A DNA stretch of 64,000 nt. Source: a virus. Lineage: Duplodnaviria; Caudoviricetes. Position numbers and translations under genes: made by a program. Where the stretch lies: the IMG/VR virus record IMGVR_UViG_3300029305_004474, positions 1-64,000 of that record; one strand, 5' to 3'. Below, one piece after another: positions 58,807 through 64,000 of this stretch (the stretch's first letter is position 1; each line of letters starts with the position of its first letter). The notes under the pieces are model-generated. The model did no database searches. It was not told the origin of the DNA and was given only the letters and a program-made list of their open reading frames with translations.

Positions 58807-59608
58807 GAGTATATTGATCTGCAACAAGAAGAAAATTATTTACATCTTTACCCATTCTTTCTATTGCTCTACTAGCTTCAGGATGATCTTCAGCAATACT
58901 TGTATTAGGTTTTATATATAAATCTCCCATAGCGGAAATAATAATAGAACCCATCTGAGCGATTTCTTTTTTATTCAGATTTAGTAACGTATCTACATGA
59001 GAACCCATACCCACATCATTAGCTCTTATTCTACTTATAAGATTCGCTTTCCATTTTTTCATATTGGTTCTTACCATGATGGACAGATTCAACATTCTTT
59101 TTTGTACTTTTACAGTCTCTTGATATGATAAGAAATCATCTTTTTTAAAATAACCTTTGGATACCAGTTCTTTATGTTTTTCATGCATCTTAACTGCAGC
59201 ACTTATAAGATTCATATTAGTTTGCATAGAAGTAATGGGTGAAGCATTGAATATTTGAACACCCTGTTCAGCTTCTTTTCTTGTCATGCCTCTAAATAAT
59301 CTTTCGTAATTATACGTGCTATTTTTGATAATTTCCTCGAAAATATCTAGAATTTTATTAATTAACGTTCCTGAGATTCGATGCATTCTATACCCTTCTA
59401 AATTCTTTGAAAATACTATTATATTGGCAGCTACTGATTCACCGATGCTAAGCAAACCATCAATAGCAGTTTTTGATAATTTATTAGTTACTTTTTCTGC
59501 TGCTGCTATTACGTCAGATAGTGATTCTTCAGCTGGCATACCATATATATTAATCAAATCTCTAGACAATACAGATTCATATTCCTCATATCTATTCATA
59601 TCTATCAC
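58790..59608 (-). CDS. Probable internal virion protein with N-terminal propeptide
   Basis: Late promoter TTAACA-GTTCAC-TAA (59624-59638); PAEESL near residue 25. Confidence 0.55.
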   Translation of the reverse strand: MIDMNRYEEYESVLSRDLINIYGMPAEESLSDVIAAAEKVTNKLSKTAIDGLLSIGESVAANIIVFSKNLEGYRMHRISGTLINKILDIFEEIIKNSTYNYERLFRGMTRKEAEQGVQIFNASPITSMQTNMNLISAAVKMHEKHKELVSKGYFKKDDFLSYQETVKVQKRMLNLSIMVRTNMKKWKANLISRIRANDVGMGSHVDTLLNLNKKEIAQMGSIIISAMGDLYIKPNTSIAEDHPEASRAIERMGKDVNNFLLVADQYTQKAGV

Positions 59609-59667
59609 CTCACATTTATGAAATTAGTGAACTGTTAAAATAAATATCAATACTAAAACATATTAGT

Positions 59668-59819
59668 AGGAATCAGCTATTTCAAGTACAAAACAGTTTT
59701 TACTTATCTAAGAAACAATAATAATTTAAAACTCTAGTACCTTGCATACTAGAGTGCTCCTTTGGTAAATAATTGAAAACAAAAAAAGAGGTAACCGTTT
59801 ATTGGTTACCTCTTTTTTT
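59668..59819 (+). ncRNA. Candidate ~150-nt late small RNA
   Basis: Late promoter AAAACA-TATTAG-TAG (59655-59669), no + strand ORF, two hairpins, terminator 59781-59819. Confidence 0.4.
59781..59819. terminator. Bidirectional terminator
   Basis: aaaaaaagaggtaacc-gtttatt-ggttacctcttttttt. Confidence 0.8.
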
Positions 59820-59837
59820 CCTTAACCGGAAAAAGAC

Positions 59838-60557
59838 TTATTTCTTTTTCTTTTTCTTTTTATTAGATTTATCTTTTTTGAACAGATCGTTTTTTGTCGA
59901 TTTCTCTGCAAACTGAGCAGAAATGTGATTGATAAATGCCAATCGATCGGATTCATCTAGCATCTTCAGCATTTCCTTTAACATATGCTCTTTGACAGAA
60001 GCATAATTTTTGGAAAAACCGTAGCCTATACAAACATTAGTACATTTATGCTTTATAGTATCTAACATTGATTTTTCAGCAAAGAATAATTCTTTATATT
60101 TCTTAATGTATTCTACTGAAAGTTTATCTAATTTATCAGCATCATATAAAATTGCAAGATAAGGATTCTTCTTACACTTTTCAGCCATGTTCTCTGCGCC
60201 AGAATGAAATTTAACCGCATGAATTACTTTTTTCCATTCTTTTCTTTCTTCCGAAGACATGTCCCATTGATCCACGATACTTAACATAAAATCTGCAGTT
60301 AAATGACCATGATCTTCACGCACTGCAACATATTTGTGCATATCATGAATTTGACATGCAATCATAAGTTTATGAATATCTATGCTATCATATCCTTTTG
60401 CCAAACCCATGGCAATAGCTTGTACTCTAGTTATATGATCGTTTCTAAATGAAACAATCTCCTCTTCTGCAGCCGTACATTCAATCATTTTGATTGCTAT
60501 ACCTGCAAAATCAACCTTTGCTAAGTTATCTCTAGTTAGCTTATTATAATCTGCCAT
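59838..60557 (-). CDS. HD-domain phosphohydrolase with poly-Lys tail
   Basis: RNDHITRV, IHDMHK, DHG, FHS, LYDADKLDK; early core 60638-60647. Confidence 0.85.
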   Translation of the reverse strand: MADYNKLTRDNLAKVDFAGIAIKMIECTAAEEEIVSFRNDHITRVQAIAMGLAKGYDSIDIHKLMIACQIHDMHKYVAVREDHGHLTADFMLSIVDQWDMSSEERKEWKKVIHAVKFHSGAENMAEKCKKNPYLAILYDADKLDKLSVEYIKKYKELFFAEKSMLDTIKHKCTNVCIGYGFSKNYASVKEHMLKEMLKMLDESDRLAFINHISAQFAEKSTKNDLFKKDKSNKKKKKKK

Positions 60558-60663
60558 AATAGGCTCCTTTCTGCACTCTTTAGTGCTTTAAAGTAAAATT
60601 ATAGAAGAGTTAAAATCATCTTCATTGTATCTACCTAATGATATATATTCAAAAAACAAAAGA

Positions 60664-60700
60664 AAGTACGGAATGGATTTCGTATATCCATTCCGTACTT
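60664..60700 (-). terminator. Intrinsic terminator
   Basis: aagtacggaatggat-ttcgtat-atccattccgtactt. Confidence 0.75.
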
Positions 60701-60701
60701 A

Positions 60702-61085
60702 TTAATTTACTTTAGATGCTAAATAGCTTTTTACTTTTCTTGCAATCAGCGTATATACAAATTCTTCTGTGATATATACAGTAATCGCTTTCATAAAATC
60801 TTCCGATATATGTTCTTGAATGCTTAAGCATAAATCGTGATAGAAGTTTTTGAAGTTGGCATTTGTGATCCCTTCCCTATCACTAAAAATTTCTTTTTCG
60901 TATAAATCTAATTCGATGGCTATCATTCCGTGCAAGATTTCGATAAGATTTCCGAAATCGCCAAACTCAACATTTTTCTTATATTTTTGACGATAGATAA
61001 CCACGAGTTTAAATATTGTAAAACATATTATCTCTAATAAAGCAAATACTATGAATATTAAAATTATCCGTTGGATAAAACTCAT
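60702..61085 (-). CDS. Single-pass membrane protein
   Basis: N-terminal TM IILIFIVFALLEIICFTIF. Confidence 0.7.
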   Translation of the reverse strand: MSFIQRIILIFIVFALLEIICFTIFKLVVIYRQKYKKNVEFGDFGNLIEILHGMIAIELDLYEKEIFSDREGITNANFKNFYHDLCLSIQEHISEDFMKAITVYITEEFVYTLIARKVKSYLASKVN

Positions 61086-61095
61086 GATAATTCAC

Positions 61096-61314
61096 CTACT
61101 CTCTTTTTGTAGCTTTACATAATGGGGCGGGCCATTCATTAGGAGTTTTATAAAGTTCTCTAGCTTTAGATTCTGCGACAAACTCATTTGGAGCCTGTAC
61201 TACATCGGTTTTAACACACTCATCGAGGTCAAACCAATGCACTTCAAATGTATAAAGTTTAGTCTTTGAATGCTGATTCCCACAAGCCAGCATCTTCATC
61301 ATCTCCTTCGTCAT
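61096..61314 (-). CDS. Small hypothetical protein (VxAxxExxAxxK domain)
   Basis: YTFEV...VVQAPNEFVAESKARE. Confidence 0.55.
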   Translation of the reverse strand: MTKEMMKMLACGNQHSKTKLYTFEVHWFDLDECVKTDVVQAPNEFVAESKARELYKTPNEWPAPLCKATKRE

Positions 61315-61915
61315 TGTCTAATCCTATACTAACATAACCATCGTCATCATTATTATCGCTATCATTACATGCTTCTTCAACGGAGATAATCTCGATTTCA
61401 TCCTCGTTTCTAGAGATTACTTTCTTGACTGCTTCATCCTCGTCTTCTGCAAAAACACTAATTGTTAATTCTTTGTCAAGTCCTGCGATAGTATATGTTA
61501 CGGAGAACTCGATATCTGTGAACTTACCTAAGAAAGATTTTTCTTTTTTCTTTTTTTTCTTATCTTTCTTCTTTTTCTTTGGGATTTCTTCCTTTTTTTC
61601 TAATTTCTCCGTAATTGACTTTCTCTTTTCATTTTTGTAAGTGTCATTATTATCCCATCTGGAGTCACGACCATGTTGGTTGTTTCTATTCTTTTCGTTA
61701 TTTTGAAAAGTCCTTTCTTGTCTTCTGAAATTTCTACCGGATGAAGATTCTGTATTGGATACTGGTACTTCCTTAACTTTCTCTTCATGTTTAGTTTCTT
61801 TTTCTGGTTCTTCAAGGAAAACAACCTCAGACACCGATACATCTTTTTTCGTTTCTTCTACTTTAGGAATATCATTAATTTCCTCTTTAGTAGCTTCTGG
61901 CATGATTCGTCTCAT
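61259..61915 (-). CDS. Hypothetical protein, charged low-complexity with VxAxxExxAxxK domain
   Basis: Poly-Lys tract; ISVFAEDEDEAVKKV. Confidence 0.65.
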   Translation of the reverse strand: MRRIMPEATKEEINDIPKVEETKKDVSVSEVVFLEEPEKETKHEEKVKEVPVSNTESSSGRNFRRQERTFQNNEKNRNNQHGRDSRWDNNDTYKNEKRKSITEKLEKKEEIPKKKKKDKKKKKKEKSFLGKFTDIEFSVTYTIAGLDKELTISVFAEDEDEAVKKVISRNEDEIEIISVEEACNDSDNNDDDGYVSIGLDNDEGDDEDAGLWESAFKD

Positions 61916-61967
61916 ACTTTACCCTCCTATTTGTTTTTTACCATTACGTTAATAACGGTTTATTTTA

Positions 61968-62738
61968 TTATCTTAAAAGCCTTATCAATGGAAGAATTAC
62001 TTTTTCATAATTATAAGTAATATCCACCAAATCTAATAACTCATCAGAATCAATATTATCAACAAGTGTTTCTGTACCATATAGATTTAATCTAAACTTA
62101 GAAGTTTGATTGAATTCTCTATAGAAATCATATAGTAGCTCTCGTTTTTTATATTTTAAAACCAGATCACTAAATAACTCATTTATATCTTTAAGAGGAT
62201 TAGCCGAGCCCATGCAGTTACATATAATTTTTATTAGCGATATTATACCATTTTCATGTAACTGAATTAGCTCATCCCCTATACCCTTTATATCTATTTT
62301 ATCGTCATTACTTACATATATATCTAGATCTTTCCCTTTATCGGGTTTAAGATATATATGATGAGAGTAAACCCCTTTGGGTCTAAATAAAATATTAGTA
62401 CCTACAAGGGGTTTATTAATTTCTTTATTTATTATAAAAGCAGCATCTTTTCTAATCGATAGAATATCCCAATCTAAGTCTAATTCATTTTGCTCAATAA
62501 ATTTGTTCATGACTATATCAAACTTAGATTCTAATGCTTTTGAAAAATCTTTATCTTTTTTCATTAATAAACCAATTTTTACTTCTCTTTTAGACTTATG
62601 CATAGATTCAATTCTATTAATGGTTGATTCAGGTAGAAGATGAAACTCTCTACAAATAGATGTATTTGCAGACTTAATATCCCATTCTATGATGGAAACA
62701 TTAAAATCTTCTAACCTGTATTTGTTTTGATAATTCAT
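61968..62738 (-). CDS. DNA polymerase palm-like protein (minimal/divergent)
   Basis: IIEWDIKSAN resembles motif A, ILSIRKDAAF resembles motif C, IDIKGI follows. Confidence 0.55.
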   Translation of the reverse strand: MNYQNKYRLEDFNVSIIEWDIKSANTSICREFHLLPESTINRIESMHKSKREVKIGLLMKKDKDFSKALESKFDIVMNKFIEQNELDLDWDILSIRKDAAFIINKEINKPLVGTNILFRPKGVYSHHIYLKPDKGKDLDIYVSNDDKIDIKGIGDELIQLHENGIISLIKIICNCMGSANPLKDINELFSDLVLKYKKRELLYDFYREFNQTSKFRLNLYGTETLVDNIDSDELLDLVDITYNYEKVILPLIRLLR

Positions 62739-62750
62739 CTTTCTATCTCC

Positions 62751-62930
62751 TTATATATTAAATTTTGTAATATTCATGGCTACTTCGTCAGAAGTCACAT
62801 AGTCAATTATTTCATCTTTTGTTCGCTCTATCCTTTTTTGTAGTAATTCCGATTTCTCACTATATTTCTTAAGAAGTTCTTTATCGGTATTATACCGATT
62901 AATCAGATTGTAAAGTCTAGGTTTATTCAT
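62751..62930 (-). CDS. Small hypothetical protein (59 aa) not in ORF track
   Basis: MNKPRLYNLINRYNTDKELLKKYSEKSELLQKRIERTKDEIIDYVTSDEVAMNITKFNI; SD ggagg; fills operon gap. Confidence 0.7.
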   Translation of the reverse strand: MNKPRLYNLINRYNTDKELLKKYSEKSELLQKRIERTKDEIIDYVTSDEVAMNITKFNI

Positions 62931-62943
62931 GATAACCTCCTCA

Positions 62944-63573
62944 TTATTTTATTTTCTCATTTAAGTACTTGATCATTTCTGTCTTCAGAGATGAATATGT
63001 AGGAGTGAATCCAGGATAATCTTTTATAGCATTGATCAGATTATTCTTAGTTTCAGACAGTGTCTGATTCTTCAAGAATCCTCCATTCAATGATTTAACG
63101 TGTTGAATATGAATCTTATCCAACGTATCGGCATCTGCAAGTATTGCCAAGTATGGATTTATAACTTGAATAAATCTATCCTTATCGCTATGCATTGCTA
63201 TAGCGTCAATTACTTTTTCCCACTCCATTCTTTCTTGACCATGTGGATAATATTCGTCGATTATAATTCTTAAATATGCTGCGGCGCATTTACCATGATC
63301 ATGTGTATCCGCAACATACTTAAACATATCATGTACATAGCACATTACTTGTACTTTATGCATATCTATATTAACATTTGTATACGCTAAAGCCAATTTT
63401 CTAGCTATTTTGTAAACTCGTTTGGTATGATCGATTCTAAAATGAGCGTATGGTTTGCAAATAGCAGTTGCGTGGATAGTACTTTCTGCTAATTTTAAAA
63501 AATCAATTTTTTTAAAGGGTTTATCCCTGTATTTTTTCTGTTGAGCAATTTCATTCATTTTATTTTCCTCCAT
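62944..63573 (-). CDS. HD-domain phosphohydrolase, paralog of 59838-60557
   Basis: RIDHTKRV, VHDMFKY, DHG, MHS, NPYLAILADADTLDK. Confidence 0.85.
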   Translation of the reverse strand: MEENKMNEIAQQKKYRDKPFKKIDFLKLAESTIHATAICKPYAHFRIDHTKRVYKIARKLALAYTNVNIDMHKVQVMCYVHDMFKYVADTHDHGKCAAAYLRIIIDEYYPHGQERMEWEKVIDAIAMHSDKDRFIQVINPYLAILADADTLDKIHIQHVKSLNGGFLKNQTLSETKNNLINAIKDYPGFTPTYSSLKTEMIKYLNEKIK

Positions 63574-63640
63574 TATAAAAGTAAAAAAGGAGAGTAAGGT
63601 CTTTTACAACCCCACTCTCCTACCAAAGACAGGAATAATC

Positions 63641-64000
63641 TTAATCTGCGAAGAGGAACTTGTTTTTCTTCTTTTTCTTCTTTTTATCCTTGTCTTTCTT
63701 CTTTTTCTTCTTATCGTGTTTCTTTTCTTTTTCTTCCTTGTCTAATTTATCAGATACTTTTTGAGCGGCTTTATTAAGCTCTCTTCTACTTTCCTCAGAG
63801 ATTTTCTTGCTGAGAATTTTGTCATTCGTATCTTTTAAAAGGAAGAAAATATCATCGCTTGTTGGGAATAATTCTTTAAATTTCTTATAGATTTTCTTTC
63901 CATAAGCTTTGAAGTCTTTATTCTTAAAGACTATGAAATAATTTAAGTCGGATTTAGCCTGAGAAAATGCTAAACCCATAGCTGCATTCAGGAATTCTGG
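63641..64000 (-). CDS. Partial hypothetical protein with poly-Lys C-terminus
   Basis: Frame is open to the window edge (PEFLNAAMGLAF...). Confidence 0.6.
   Translation of the reverse strand, partial: PEFLNAAMGLAFSQAKSDLNYFIVFKNKDFKAYGKKIYKKFKELFPTSDDIFFLLKDTNDKILSKKISEESRRELNKAAQKVSDKLDKEEKEKKHDKKKKKKDKDKKKKKKKNKFLFAD

Noticed and set aside
1-64000. Genome-wide stop codon reassignment
   Set aside because: Long genes are intact in code 11; TGA and TAG end genes directly before the next SD or start (e.g. 6447, 3688, 56177)

Overview
This AT-rich window (roughly 30% GC by eye) comes from a jumbo phage of the AR9/PBS1/phiKZ-related group, which encode their own multisubunit RNA polymerases. The host is probably Gram-positive (Firmicutes), given strong AAGGAG/GGAGG Shine-Dalgarno sites and NlpC/P60 and M23 peptidoglycan hydrolases. 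Replication and recombination genes: RecD/Dda-like helicase, DnaB, SbcD/Mre11, RusA, an HU-like protein and a polymerase-palm-like protein. Also present are a 1441-aa RNAP beta-like subunit, contractile-tail and baseplate genes, a 4549-aa tape-measure/tail lysin (three C39-like, NlpC/P60 and M23 domains), putative protease-processed head proteins, three multi-HTH paralogs, three acidic paralogs and two HD hydrolases. Two promoter classes are readable in the DNA. AACA-N6-TA (AR9 late type) lies upstream of structural genes and the RNAP, and WATAYATNAT (early type) lies upstream of non-structural genes. These motifs, plus strong terminators, outline several ORF-free units: a ~400-nt structured early RNA (1043-1450), a ~150-nt late RNA (59668-59819) and a structured element at 45165-45420. 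There is also a 1.9-kb non-coding block with iterated motifs, hairpins and a G-tract loop, a candidate origin. No CRISPR array, tRNA, rRNA, intron or intein was recognised. All calls come from reading the sequence; no searches were run.
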